Below, piece after piece: positions 37,772-47,191 of a stretch of 50,988 nucleotides of DNA. The stretch is from Nanobdellota archaeon (lineage in GTDB: Archaea > Nanobdellota > Nanobdellia > Pacearchaeales > GW2011-AR1): NCBI GenBank assembly GCA_018818285.1, contig JAHIRT010000030.1:1-50988 (forward strand), in the 5' to 3' direction. The notes beneath the pieces are model-generated. The model was not told where the DNA came from, made no database searches, and saw only the letters and a program-made list of their open reading frames with translations. The position numbers and the translations under genes are program-made. The number at the start of each line of letters is the position of its first letter. Within the stretch, counting starts at the first letter, position 1.

Positions 37772-39022
37772 ATGTTAATAGGACTTGTAGGAAAACCTAA
37801 TGTAGGAAAATCAACATTTTTCAAAGCTGCGACACTGGCAAATGTTTTAATTGCAAATTATCCTTTTGCAACTATAAAACCAAATCATGGAGTTGGCTAT
37901 GTTAAAATAGACTGCATTGACAAGGATTTTGGAGTTCAGTGCAATCCTCGTGAAGGTTTTTGCATAAAGCACAAAAGATTTGTCCCTGTTGAAATAATGG
38001 ATGTTGCAGGTTTAGTTCCAGGAGCAAGTGAAGGAAAAGGGCTCGGAAACCAGTTTCTTGATGATTTAAGGCAAGCAGATATTTTTATTCATATTGTTGA
38101 TTTAAGCGGAAAAACAAATGAAGAAGGAAAGCCAGCAAATGATTATTATCCTGGAAAAGACATTGAATTTTTAGAGAAAGAGCTTGATTTGTGGTATTCT
38201 GGGATATTAAAAAAAATTTGGAAAACATTTTCAAGAACAATAGAATCAACAAAAGAAAATTTTGCAGAAGCAGTTGTAAAACAATTTTCAGGATTAAAAG
38301 TTTCAGAGGAACAAATAAAGAGTGTTATTTTAAAAACAGACTTGGATGTAGAAAAACCTGCATCATGGAGTGAAAAAGAAATAACAAAGTTTGCATCTGA
38401 ATTAAGAAAAAAAAGCAAGCCAATGATTATTGCTGCTAATCAAATAGATACTGAAAAAGCTGAAGAAAATTATAAAAAAATAAAATTAGAATTCCCTGAA
38501 TTAATTATAATGCCTTGCTCTGCCGAAGCAGAACTTGCTTTGAAAGAAGCATCAAAAGAAGGAATTATTGATTATCTTCCAGGAGAATCTGATTTCAAAA
38601 TTTTAAAAGAAGAAAAAATAAATCATACAGAAAACAAGAAGTTTTCTGTCTCTGAAAGTTCAAAAAAGAAACAAGAACTTTCAGAAAAGCAAAAACAAGC
38701 TCTTGAGTTTATTAAGAAGCAAGTTCTTGACAAAAATAAATCAACCGGAGTCCAGGATATTTTAAACTATGCTGTTTTTGAGATTTTGGAATATATAGCT
38801 GTTTTTCCTGCAGGTTCAAGCAAGCTTCAGGACAGTGAGGGCAGATTTATTCCTGATTGCTTTTTAGTGCCCCCTGGTTCAACTGCACTTGATTTTGCAT
38901 TTATGCTTCATACAGACATAGGAAATAATTTTATTAAAGCAATTAATTCTAAAACAAAGCAAGTTATTGGCAAGGATTACAAATTAAAAAACAGAGATGC
39001 TATAGAAATAATAATAAGATAA
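37772..39022 (+). CDS. OBG/YchF-type GTPase with C-terminal TGS-like domain
   Basis: GLVGKPNVGKSTFF (G1), DVAGLV (G3), and a C-terminal RDAIEII segment. Confidence 0.8.
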   Translation: MLIGLVGKPNVGKSTFFKAATLANVLIANYPFATIKPNHGVGYVKIDCIDKDFGVQCNPREGFCIKHKRFVPVEIMDVAGLVPGASEGKGLGNQFLDDLRQADIFIHIVDLSGKTNEEGKPANDYYPGKDIEFLEKELDLWYSGILKKIWKTFSRTIESTKENFAEAVVKQFSGLKVSEEQIKSVILKTDLDVEKPASWSEKEITKFASELRKKSKPMIIAANQIDTEKAEENYKKIKLEFPELIIMPCSAEAELALKEASKEGIIDYLPGESDFKILKEEKINHTENKKFSVSESSKKKQELSEKQKQALEFIKKQVLDKNKSTGVQDILNYAVFEILEYIAVFPAGSSKLQDSEGRFIPDCFLVPPGSTALDFAFMLHTDIGNNFIKAINSKTKQVIGKDYKLKNRDAIEIIIR

Positions 39023-39056
39023 AAATAAATAAAAATAAAATAAAAGATATGTATTT

Positions 39057-39311
39057 CTATCTTTCCATTGGTTTTGCTTCAGCAACTTTAAGAGCTCTTC
39101 CTTGAATTTCTTTTCCATCCATTTCTTCAACTGCTTTTTTTGAAGCTGATTCTTCTGCAAAAGTAACAAATCCAAATCCCTTTGATCTTCCTGAAAATTT
39201 GTCTGAGATTACTACTGCTTCAGTTATTTCTCCGAATGTAGCAAATGTTTCTTTTAGATCTTTTTCTGTCATATTAAAAGCCAAATTTCCAACATAGATT
39301 TTTGTAGTCAT
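39057..39311 (-). CDS. RRM-domain RNA-binding protein
   Basis: RNP2 KIYVGNL and RNP1 KGFGFVTF. Confidence 0.8.
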   Translation of the reverse strand: MTTKIYVGNLAFNMTEKDLKETFATFGEITEAVVISDKFSGRSKGFGFVTFAEESASKKAVEEMDGKEIQGRALKVAEAKPMER

Positions 39312-39404
39312 ATTTCCTCCTGAACGATTTAATTCCTAAACATAGTTGTTTAGTATAAAAAGTTATTAAAAATCCTTTATAAATGTGTCTATTTCAACCA
39401 CAAA

Positions 39405-39635
39405 TCACCCTTTTTCAAATATCTTATTCTTTATCAAAAACAGCATAAATTTATTTGAAAGAGGTTTTCCAAGAAGCTGTTTTTTATTATGGTTTTTATT
39501 AAAATCATCTGAATCTAAAACATGAACCACATTATTGTTTTCCTTGGATATTTCTCTTTTTGATTTATTTTTTTTATTGCTCAAACTGAGTCTTGTACTT
39601 CCTATCTTGCTATGATTGAGATTTTTATTTGCCAT
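39405..39635 (-). CDS. Hypothetical basic protein (may be spurious)
   Basis: 76-aa low-complexity K/N-rich ORF overlapping the end of the MFS gene by 11 nt. Confidence 0.25.
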   Translation of the reverse strand: MANKNLNHSKIGSTRLSLSNKKNKSKREISKENNNVVHVLDSDDFNKNHNKKQLLGKPLSNKFMLFLIKNKIFEKG

Positions 39636-40818
39636 CTTCTACTATATTCTTAACTTTATGCGATATTAAAAACATTATGAACATAAAAAAACTGAATAAA
39701 AGAAATACAAATTTAAAAGGAAGGAATATTAAAAAAATCGAAGGAATTAATTTTCCTATTAGATTGTTTAATTCTATTGTTGTGTTATACGGCCCATAAA
39801 ATCGTTGTTCTTCTTTATCTTTGGTTATGTCAAAAAAATATGCTTCTGTTGTTGCTTCTAACATTGAAAGTCCAATGCTTGCAATAACAAGGAGTGCAAG
39901 TATTATATAAACACTGTTAATAAAAAAACATGCAAATGCAAGAAGGCACGGAATCAAGAATCCTATTTTGAAAATTTTTCTAAATCCTATTTTTCCAGCT
40001 AATTTTGAAAAAAAGTAGCCCAAAAAAATTAATGGAACTGCAACTGCAAATAAAAAATAACCAATCCAGATTTTATCCAACTCATTTCTAATTATGTACA
40101 ATGGCATAAATAAATAAATTAAAACCCACCACAAGTTTACTCCTCCACCCAACATGTAGGCAGTAACTCTTTGTTTATTTTTAAAAAAATCAAAAAAATT
40201 CTTCATTATGTTTGTGTCTGCTTTTTTCTTTATGTTTGCATCTTTAATTCCTGAAATTTTGAAAATCAGAATAGAAAGAAAAATAAAAACAGAAGCAAAA
40301 AGAAATACTTTTCCTAATCCATATTTGCTTGCTATAAATCCAGCTATTAGTGGACCAATAACAAAAGATAAATTTGCAAATGTGTAGACAAGTCCCTCAT
40401 TTCTTGAGAGCTTGGTTTTTGGAGATTTATCTTTTACCATAATCCCAAAACTAGTCATTCTAACTGTCCCGATTATAGCTGTTATAATTGCAAGGATTGC
40501 AAAGAGATATATGGAAATATTAAAAGAAAAAATTAAATAAGTTATCCCAAAAAGAAATAAAGAGAAAACATAGAGCTTGGATTTATTTGTTTTTTCTATT
40601 ATTGGAATCAATAAGAAAAATGAAGTAACAGAGATGAAAGTTAATAATGCTGAAAAAAATCCTACATAAACTATGCTATGAATAAAACTGTCCATGTAAA
40701 GAGCCCATATAGTTATCACAAAAGAAGATGCCAGAGAAACTATCAAACTTATAATTGATAACTTTGCTATTCCAGTTAATCCAAAAAACTCTTTTTGCTT
40801 TCTTATCATAATTCCCAT
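39625..40818 (-). CDS. MFS transporter
   Basis: About 11-12 hydrophobic segments. Confidence 0.7.
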   Translation of the reverse strand: MGIMIRKQKEFFGLTGIAKLSIISLIVSLASSFVITIWALYMDSFIHSIVYVGFFSALLTFISVTSFFLLIPIIEKTNKSKLYVFSLFLFGITYLIFSFNISIYLFAILAIITAIIGTVRMTSFGIMVKDKSPKTKLSRNEGLVYTFANLSFVIGPLIAGFIASKYGLGKVFLFASVFIFLSILIFKISGIKDANIKKKADTNIMKNFFDFFKNKQRVTAYMLGGGVNLWWVLIYLFMPLYIIRNELDKIWIGYFLFAVAVPLIFLGYFFSKLAGKIGFRKIFKIGFLIPCLLAFACFFINSVYIILALLVIASIGLSMLEATTEAYFFDITKDKEEQRFYGPYNTTIELNNLIGKLIPSIFLIFLPFKFVFLLFSFFMFIMFLISHKVKNIVEDGK

Positions 40819-40953
40819 AAAAATTTTAATTGAAATGAGTTTAAAAAATCTGCGGTTTCACTAAATAAGTTCAAAACCAAATAGCAGATTTTTTAAGGTT
40901 TAATGCAATTGCTATGAGGAAAATTTTATAAATTAAAGAATTATCTAACTATC

Positions 40954-41805
40954 ATGAATGCCACCAAATTATATCAATATCTTGAGAAAGATTTTATCAC
41001 TTCCAAAATGGGTGATGAATGGGCGCAGTATATGGATTCTGTTGCTGATTTTCTTAGTAAGAACTTTAAAAAAAGATCAATGGGTTTAGTCTGTGATTTT
41101 GCAAAAAAAATAAATAAAGTATATACTGCTGTTTTTCCATCAAGAAAAGTTATGCAAAGAATATTGGATGATGGGGCTCAAGATACAATGCTTTTTGTTC
41201 ACCATCCATCAATTTGGGATATTAGAAAAGCTCCAGAAGTTTTTCAGCAAATGGATAGAGAATTGCTAAAACAATTCAAAGATAAAAGAATTTCAATTTA
41301 CAATCTTCATGTTCCTTTAGATAATTTTGGCGAATATTCAACAAGTGTAAATTTAGCAAAAGCATTAGGCATTAAACCTCAAAAATCCTTTGCTCCTTAC
41401 TTTGGTTCTTTATGTGGTGTATTTGGAAAAACTACCTCAGCAACAATCCAAGATTTAAGAAAGAAATTTCAAAATGTAGTTGGACACAAAGTTAGTTTGT
41501 ATAATTATGGAGATAATAAAATCAAAGATAGAACTGTTGCTGTTATTGCTGGTGGTGGGAATGATGTTGATATGTTGGAAGATATTGCCAAAGCAGGAGT
41601 TAATACTTTTGTAACTGGAATTACTGTAAAAAATAAACATTCGAAAAAGGCACATGATTTTGCTGAAAAACATAGAATAAATGTCCTTGGTGGAACTCAT
41701 TATTCTACTGAAAGGTTTGCTTGCATATCAATGGTTAATTATTTTAAGAAAATTGGGTTGCCTTCTGAATTTGTTGAAGATAAACCTGTAATAGAAGATA
41801 TGTAG
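40954..41805 (+). CDS. NIF3-family dinuclear metal-centre protein
   Basis: LFVHHPSIWD and GGTHYSTE motifs. Confidence 0.7.
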   Translation: MNATKLYQYLEKDFITSKMGDEWAQYMDSVADFLSKNFKKRSMGLVCDFAKKINKVYTAVFPSRKVMQRILDDGAQDTMLFVHHPSIWDIRKAPEVFQQMDRELLKQFKDKRISIYNLHVPLDNFGEYSTSVNLAKALGIKPQKSFAPYFGSLCGVFGKTTSATIQDLRKKFQNVVGHKVSLYNYGDNKIKDRTVAVIAGGGNDVDMLEDIAKAGVNTFVTGITVKNKHSKKAHDFAEKHRINVLGGTHYSTERFACISMVNYFKKIGLPSEFVEDKPVIEDM

Positions 41806-41887
41806 ATTTACCTTTCACAACCACCAAAAAAGACAATATAAAAATTTATTAGAGAATTAAAGATATCATGCTTTTTTATTAATTTAT

Positions 41888-42511
41888 CTATCTCATAAAC
41901 TCATCTTCCCATCCTCTTATATCCGGTTCAGGAATTTTTATGTTTCTTGTATATGTTTTATGTTCTTGAATTTGTTTTTTTGTTCTTATTAAAACTCCAA
42001 TTATCAAACCAATAGCAAGCCCTGATAAATGTGCAAGATTTGCTGTATTGCTTGGAATAAAGACTCCAAGAACATCTCCAATTAACCAAATAATTGAAGC
42101 AACAAACAAAGGCATAGGTAAACTAAATGCCCAAACAGTCATTAATGGTTTTAAAATAGTTAATGTCCCAATAATCCCAAAAATAGCTCCACTTGCCCCT
42201 AAACTTTTTTCATAAAAGAAAACAGAAATAAGATTTGCGAATATTCCAGTTAAGAAAAATACAATCAAAAATTTCCTGCTTGATATAAGACTTTCAAGAA
42301 TTAATCCAAATAAAAGCAGAGCGAATAAATTATAAACTAAATGTATTGATGAGCCATGCAGAAAAATTGAAGTTACAAATCTCCATATTTCAAATGATTT
42401 TGAAGAATTCAGCAAAAATAATTCTGTGAATCCGGGGATGATGCTCTGAATTATGAAAACAATAATGCAAATTAATGAAAGCCATATTGAGTAGAATTTT
42501 ATTTGTTTCAT
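41888..42511 (-). CDS. Rhomboid intramembrane serine protease
   Basis: FLHGSSIHLVYN, GASGAIFG and AHLSG motifs. Confidence 0.85.
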   Translation of the reverse strand: MKQIKFYSIWLSLICIIVFIIQSIIPGFTELFLLNSSKSFEIWRFVTSIFLHGSSIHLVYNLFALLLFGLILESLISSRKFLIVFFLTGIFANLISVFFYEKSLGASGAIFGIIGTLTILKPLMTVWAFSLPMPLFVASIIWLIGDVLGVFIPSNTANLAHLSGLAIGLIIGVLIRTKKQIQEHKTYTRNIKIPEPDIRGWEDEFMR

Positions 42512-42571
42512 AAAACTTTTATAATTTTTAAGTATATAAATTTTTAAAAAATCTGATTACTGTAAATAATA

Positions 42572-43183
42572 ATGAAAACCATTGGTTTTGATTTTGAATA
42601 TATAAAAAGCCCTTTAGAAATATATTTTGAGAATTCCTTAAAAAAAGAGGGTTATGTTTTAGGAAGTTTTGAGCCTATTTTAATTGATGAAAAATGGAAA
42701 AAAGATGAAATAGTTTTTGAATTAAAAGAAATAAAAGAAAGTCCTCTTATTTTTAGGATATTGGAAATAGATAGGCTTCATGGATTTGAAGCTGGGTATG
42801 GCAGATGGATAAAATCAAGTTTTCTTGAAGGAATTTTTGAACATGAAGTTAGAAAAAAAGATGCAATAAAATGGATAAGTGAGCCTTCAAAATATTCTGA
42901 GGTTATTTATATAGATTTTCTTTGTGAATATCTTAAAACCCAAGAAAGAGTGGGAATCACTCTTAATTATGAAAATAACAAGATGTCTGGATTTAATATT
43001 GATTTTAATGAAAAAATGATTGATGTGTTCACAGGACTTTTAAAACAACAATTTGGTTTGAGTCTTATGACAAAAGATGCAACTCAAGAAAAAATAACAG
43101 AATTATACAACTCAGGAAAAATAAATCTTGAAGGTATTGTTAAGATGATGTTATTGGGCTATAAAGCTACAAAACCAGACTAA
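42572..43183 (+). CDS. Hypothetical protein
   Basis: 203-aa ORF, no recognised motif. Confidence 0.5.
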   Translation: MKTIGFDFEYIKSPLEIYFENSLKKEGYVLGSFEPILIDEKWKKDEIVFELKEIKESPLIFRILEIDRLHGFEAGYGRWIKSSFLEGIFEHEVRKKDAIKWISEPSKYSEVIYIDFLCEYLKTQERVGITLNYENNKMSGFNIDFNEKMIDVFTGLLKQQFGLSLMTKDATQEKITELYNSGKINLEGIVKMMLLGYKATKPD

Positions 43184-43206
43184 ATAAGATTTTTGATTTT
43201 GAAATA

Positions 43207-44280
43207 TTATTTTAAGAGACTCTTTCTGTATGTTCTTTTTGTATGTAATTCAGAAAGTTCTACTACATCATCTAAGAAATCAGGATCAATCTTTTCAAGT
43301 TCTTCATGAAAATAATTTCCACCCAATAATCTTGCCCATATTGGCATATCTCCAAAACTCGCCCACCAAAATTCATCTTCAGTTTTATCATCAAACTCAC
43401 AACCTTTATCATGCACTTCTTGTAAATATTTCTGAATAGTTTGATAACCATCCCTGATTATATTACCTGCCACTCTTCTTTCTCTTCCTGAGAGCCAAGT
43501 GTAATAACTAACATCTCCACAATTATCTAAGAAAGCGTATGGTTTAGATACATCTCTTCTACTAACAAATTGAATTCTTCTATCATTATGTTTTTTCATT
43601 TCTTGTTCTGATAAAAGAAATTTTGCTAATACACAATCTGTATACCCTTTTATTGGACTTCCATTACCCATAAGCTTCATAATTATTTGGATTTTGGCTC
43701 TCAATTTTTTTTGGCTTCTTCCAATATCAAAAACAGTCCTTAATGCCAAATCATTATTAAATTCATAAATCTTCCAATAATTAAATCCATCTTTCTTGAT
43801 AAAATCATAAATTGCTGGAATCTCCTGATGGTTGATTGCAGTAAAAACAGTATGGTACCCCAATCCAATATCTCTTTTCAATATTGTTGATGTTAAGTGT
43901 AAAAGTTTATCAATTGTTGCAAGAAATGGCTTTCCTCTTAATTCTCTTTGAGTATCCCTATCTATACTATCAATGGGAAGTGCAATATCATCAACTTCTA
44001 ATTCAGATATTAAATTATCATCTAATAATAATCCATTAGTATGAAGACTCACATATTTTCCGCCTTGCTTGAGTATATGTGTAACTTCAGCTAAATTTCT
44101 TACTAGGGTTGGTTCTCCCCCCCCAAGTGTTACCTTAGTAATATTACTATTAGCTAAAATATTGGCAAGACTAACATTTCTACTTTTGTTTTCACGATAA
44201 TGGAATTTTGGCTTAAAACAATAGCCACAATCAAGATTACATCTATCTGTGATATACCAATGTATGTGTTCCCCAATCAT
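43207..44280 (-). CDS. Radical SAM enzyme with a viperin-like sequence pattern
   Basis: [16 protein letters not shown] (CxxxCxxC), GGGEPTL, and NYWKIYEFN. Start taken at the ATG at 44280. Confidence 0.75.
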   Translation of the reverse strand: [357 protein letters not shown]

Positions 44281-44462
44281 AATATAATAAGAATACACTG
44301 ATATAATAAATCTTACTAATATCAGGCACCCTAGCTTCCTTTAACTTTTTATACTGCACACTTGCCATTTTCTTGACTTTGAATTTTTCTTCTGCTTCAT
44401 TCCAAAGAGCATAACAGAAGTTAAAAACAAAGTTTTAAAAACTACTAAAATTTTTTTGATTT

Positions 44463-44550
44463 ATGACAGCAAATAAAATCTGGGGTTGTCCCCATATATT
44501 ATAAAGATTTTTTTAGCTGTTGCTTTCTTAATAAGGTTTTTATATTATGT
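44463..44550 (+). repeat. Copy A of an ~88-nt element, ending about 18 nt upstream of tRNA-His
   Basis: Shares ATGAC, AAAATCTGGGGTTGTCCCCAT, TATTA, AAAGATTTT, TAGCTGTTGCTTTCT and ATTATGT blocks with 45908..45995. Confidence 0.75.
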
Positions 44551-44568
44551 TTATCTAAATATAAATAT

Positions 44569-44656
44569 GGCGGATGTAGTATAACGGTTAGTACGTTCGG
44601 TTGTGGAGCAAAAACGCAAAATCCGAGAAGAGAGGGTTCGACTCCCTCCTTTCGCC
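44569..44656 (+). tRNA. tRNA-His(GUG) with encoded G-1 and a 15-nt intron (44607..44621)
   Basis: Hand-folded. G-1 opposite C73, acceptor GCGGATG/CTTTCGC (one T-T mismatch), anticodon stem TTCGG/CCGAG, loop TTGTGG..T, T arm GAGGG-TTCGACT-CCCTC. Confidence 0.8.
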
Positions 44657-44665
44657 CTTGAAAAT

Positions 44666-45844
44666 ATGAAATTATTTGATTTTTTAAAAAAAATTATTGG
44701 AAGCAATAAAATTGAAGAAATTAAGAAAGAACAATTAGATTTCTATAAGATTAAAAATTGGATTGAAAGCAAAACAAAGCAAAATGAGATTAAAGAAAAA
44801 GAAATTTTTGATTTAATTAATAATAAAATCAGCGAGTTTTGTGATGAGCTTAAAGAAAAGACAGAGATTTTAAAAAATGTTGATGTTGAGTCAAAAAAAG
44901 TTGAAGAAAAAATTAAGGTGCTTGTAAATGAAAGCAGAAAGAAATATATTGAATCAATAGAAATTTTTATAGATAAATTAAAGAATTTAGAAAACAAAGA
45001 ACTTGGGGAATTTTTTAATAAGATATCTTTGGTTTTTTCAAATTTTGACAAAAACTCTCATATGAATTATGAAAAAACCACTGTTTTAATTGGAAAAGAG
45101 ACAGCAGATATAAGAGAGAAAGTAAATATTTTTTCTAAAGAAATAGCAAAAGTTTTTGATGAAAATAAGAATCTTATAGATTCTTCCAAGAGCATTTTTT
45201 TTATTAAATCAAAATTAGCTCAGATTACTCAAACAGAAAAAATCACTAAAGAAGTCGGTGAAACAAAAGCACTGCTGAATAAAAAAATAATTAACAAAAA
45301 ACAAGAAAATGAAAACTTCTTGGAAAAAATTAAAAAAATTAAAAAAAGCTCTGATTATTTGGAGCATTTAAAGAAACAGGAAAAAATTAAATTTCTTAAT
45401 GAAGAACTGAAAAAAGAGATTTTTGATTTAAAGCAGGTTTTGGATTTTAAAGCACTTGCTAATTTTTTTCATATTAATCAGGAACAAATGGATATTTTAA
45501 AAGCCCATAAAGAAGATTTTCAAACAAACTTCCAAAAAGATAATGGAACAGGTATTTTAAGTTTATTAGATGAAGCTAACTTAAATAATAAAGTAATTTT
45601 AGAAAAAACAAAACAAATTAAGTTTAAAACAAATGAGATAGCAAAAAACAAACAGGAAATTAAAAAAAATGAGGCGCAAGAATTGTCTTGTGAAATAAAA
45701 AAAATAATTTTAGAAATTGAAGATTTAAATATTAAAAAAAATAAAGAAGAAAAAAGATATGAAAAACTTGAAGCAAATAAGGAAAATTCAATTGATTTAT
45801 TAAAACAGGAATTCAATAAAATAAATGTTGAGTTAATGAGTTGA
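44666..45844 (+). CDS. Coiled-coil protein (K/E/N-rich)
   Basis: Start moved to the ATG at 44666, because the track start at 44603 lies inside tRNA-His. Confidence 0.55.
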   Translation: MKLFDFLKKIIGSNKIEEIKKEQLDFYKIKNWIESKTKQNEIKEKEIFDLINNKISEFCDELKEKTEILKNVDVESKKVEEKIKVLVNESRKKYIESIEIFIDKLKNLENKELGEFFNKISLVFSNFDKNSHMNYEKTTVLIGKETADIREKVNIFSKEIAKVFDENKNLIDSSKSIFFIKSKLAQITQTEKITKEVGETKALLNKKIINKKQENENFLEKIKKIKKSSDYLEHLKKQEKIKFLNEELKKEIFDLKQVLDFKALANFFHINQEQMDILKAHKEDFQTNFQKDNGTGILSLLDEANLNNKVILEKTKQIKFKTNEIAKNKQEIKKNEAQELSCEIKKIILEIEDLNIKKNKEEKRYEKLEANKENSIDLLKQEFNKINVELMS

Positions 45845-45907
45845 TTTTTTCTAAGCAAATCTCGCCAAATACAATAACTTTAAAAATCAAATATTTTTAA
45901 TTAAAAT

Positions 45908-45995
45908 ATGACTATTAAAATTTGGGGTTCTCCCCATTATTAGATTTAGAAAAGATTTTAATAGCTATGCTTCTATAATTAAATGTAAATTATGT
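45908..45995 (+). repeat. Copy B of the ~88-nt element, ending about 16 nt upstream of the hisS ATG
   Basis: Direct repeat of 44463..44550. Hairpin TGGGG-N4-CCCCA is conserved, with only the loop changed (TTGT to TTCT). Confidence 0.75.
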
Positions 45996-46011
45996 AACTT
46001 AAAGAGGTAAA

Positions 46012-47169
46012 ATGACAGAAACAGTAAAAGGATTTAAAGATTACGCAGAAAATGATGCAAAAAAAAGAGAAAAAATAAAAGAAATTCTAATCAGGAATTT
46101 TAAATTATATTGTTTTGAACCATCTGAAACTCCATTAATTGAATATGAAAATTTTGTTAGAGGAGAAAATTCAGATGATGAAACTGTTTCAGATATATTT
46201 AAATTAAAAGATAAGGGAAACAGAAAACTTGCTTTAAGATATGAATTTACATTTCAGTTGAAAAGACTAATTAAAAATAAAAAGCTTCCATACAAAAGAT
46301 ATCAAATAGGAGAAGTATTCAGAGATGAGCCTGTTTCTGCAAATAGAGTAAGGCAGATAACTCAATGTGATATTGATATCATTGGAAGCAATGCAAAAGA
46401 TGAGGTAGAAATTCTTTCATTAACTTCAAAGATTTTAAAAGAGCTTAAAATAAATTTTCAAATATATGTGAATAACAGGAAACTTTTAAATGAAATTTTA
46501 GATAAAGAAAAAATAAATGAAAAAGACAAAAAGAAAATAATAAAAGAAATTGACAAACTTGACAAATTAACTGAAAAAGAAGTTAATGAAAATTTGAAAA
46601 AATATAATGCTGAGAAAATTTTGAATATTTTTAAAAAACCCGAATCTTATTTTAAAAAATATGATTCTTATAAAGAAATAGTGGAATTAAAAAAATACTG
46701 CAAAATTTATGGTGTTAAAATTAATTTTCTTTCTTCTTTAGCAAGAGGGCTTAGTTATTATAATGGCTCTGTTTTTGAGATTAAAACCAGAAATATGAAA
46801 GAGAGCATATGCGGCGGCGGTAGTTTTCTTGTAAACGGAATTCAATCAACAGGAATAAGTCTTGGCTTGGAAAGATTGTCAAGCTTAGCTGAGATTAAAT
46901 CAGATGAAAAAAGAATTTTAATAGTTAGCATAGGAGAAGATGAAAAAGCAATTAAATTAGGAGAGAAATTAAGAGCTTCTGGAATTAATTGTGAAATTAT
47001 GTTTGGAAAAATAAGCAAGTCATTGGAATATGCAAATTCAAAAGATATTAATTATGTTGCTTTTATTGGAAAACAAGAAGTTAAGAAAAAGAAAATCAAA
47101 ATAAGGGATATGAAAACAGGAAAAGAGAAATTAGTTAGTGAGCAAGAATTGGTTGGAAAAATTATTTAA
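46012..47169 (+). CDS. hisS: Histidyl-tRNA synthetase (class II)
   Basis: ALRYEFTFQL, YQIGEVFRDE..RVRQITQCDIDIIG, CGGGSF, and a C-terminal anticodon-binding fold pattern. Confidence 0.8.
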   Translation: MTETVKGFKDYAENDAKKREKIKEILIRNFKLYCFEPSETPLIEYENFVRGENSDDETVSDIFKLKDKGNRKLALRYEFTFQLKRLIKNKKLPYKRYQIGEVFRDEPVSANRVRQITQCDIDIIGSNAKDEVEILSLTSKILKELKINFQIYVNNRKLLNEILDKEKINEKDKKKIIKEIDKLDKLTEKEVNENLKKYNAEKILNIFKKPESYFKKYDSYKEIVELKKYCKIYGVKINFLSSLARGLSYYNGSVFEIKTRNMKESICGGGSFLVNGIQSTGISLGLERLSSLAEIKSDEKRILIVSIGEDEKAIKLGEKLRASGINCEIMFGKISKSLEYANSKDINYVAFIGKQEVKKKKIKIRDMKTGKEKLVSEQELVGKII

Positions 47170-47191
47170 ATAATTAATCTCTTAATTAGTT

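Noticed and set aside
44603-44665. N-terminal extension of the coiled-coil ORF (the track start GTG is the tRNA-His anticodon)
   Set aside because: It lies inside the tRNA-His gene. The first ATG after the tRNA (44666) is the plausible start.
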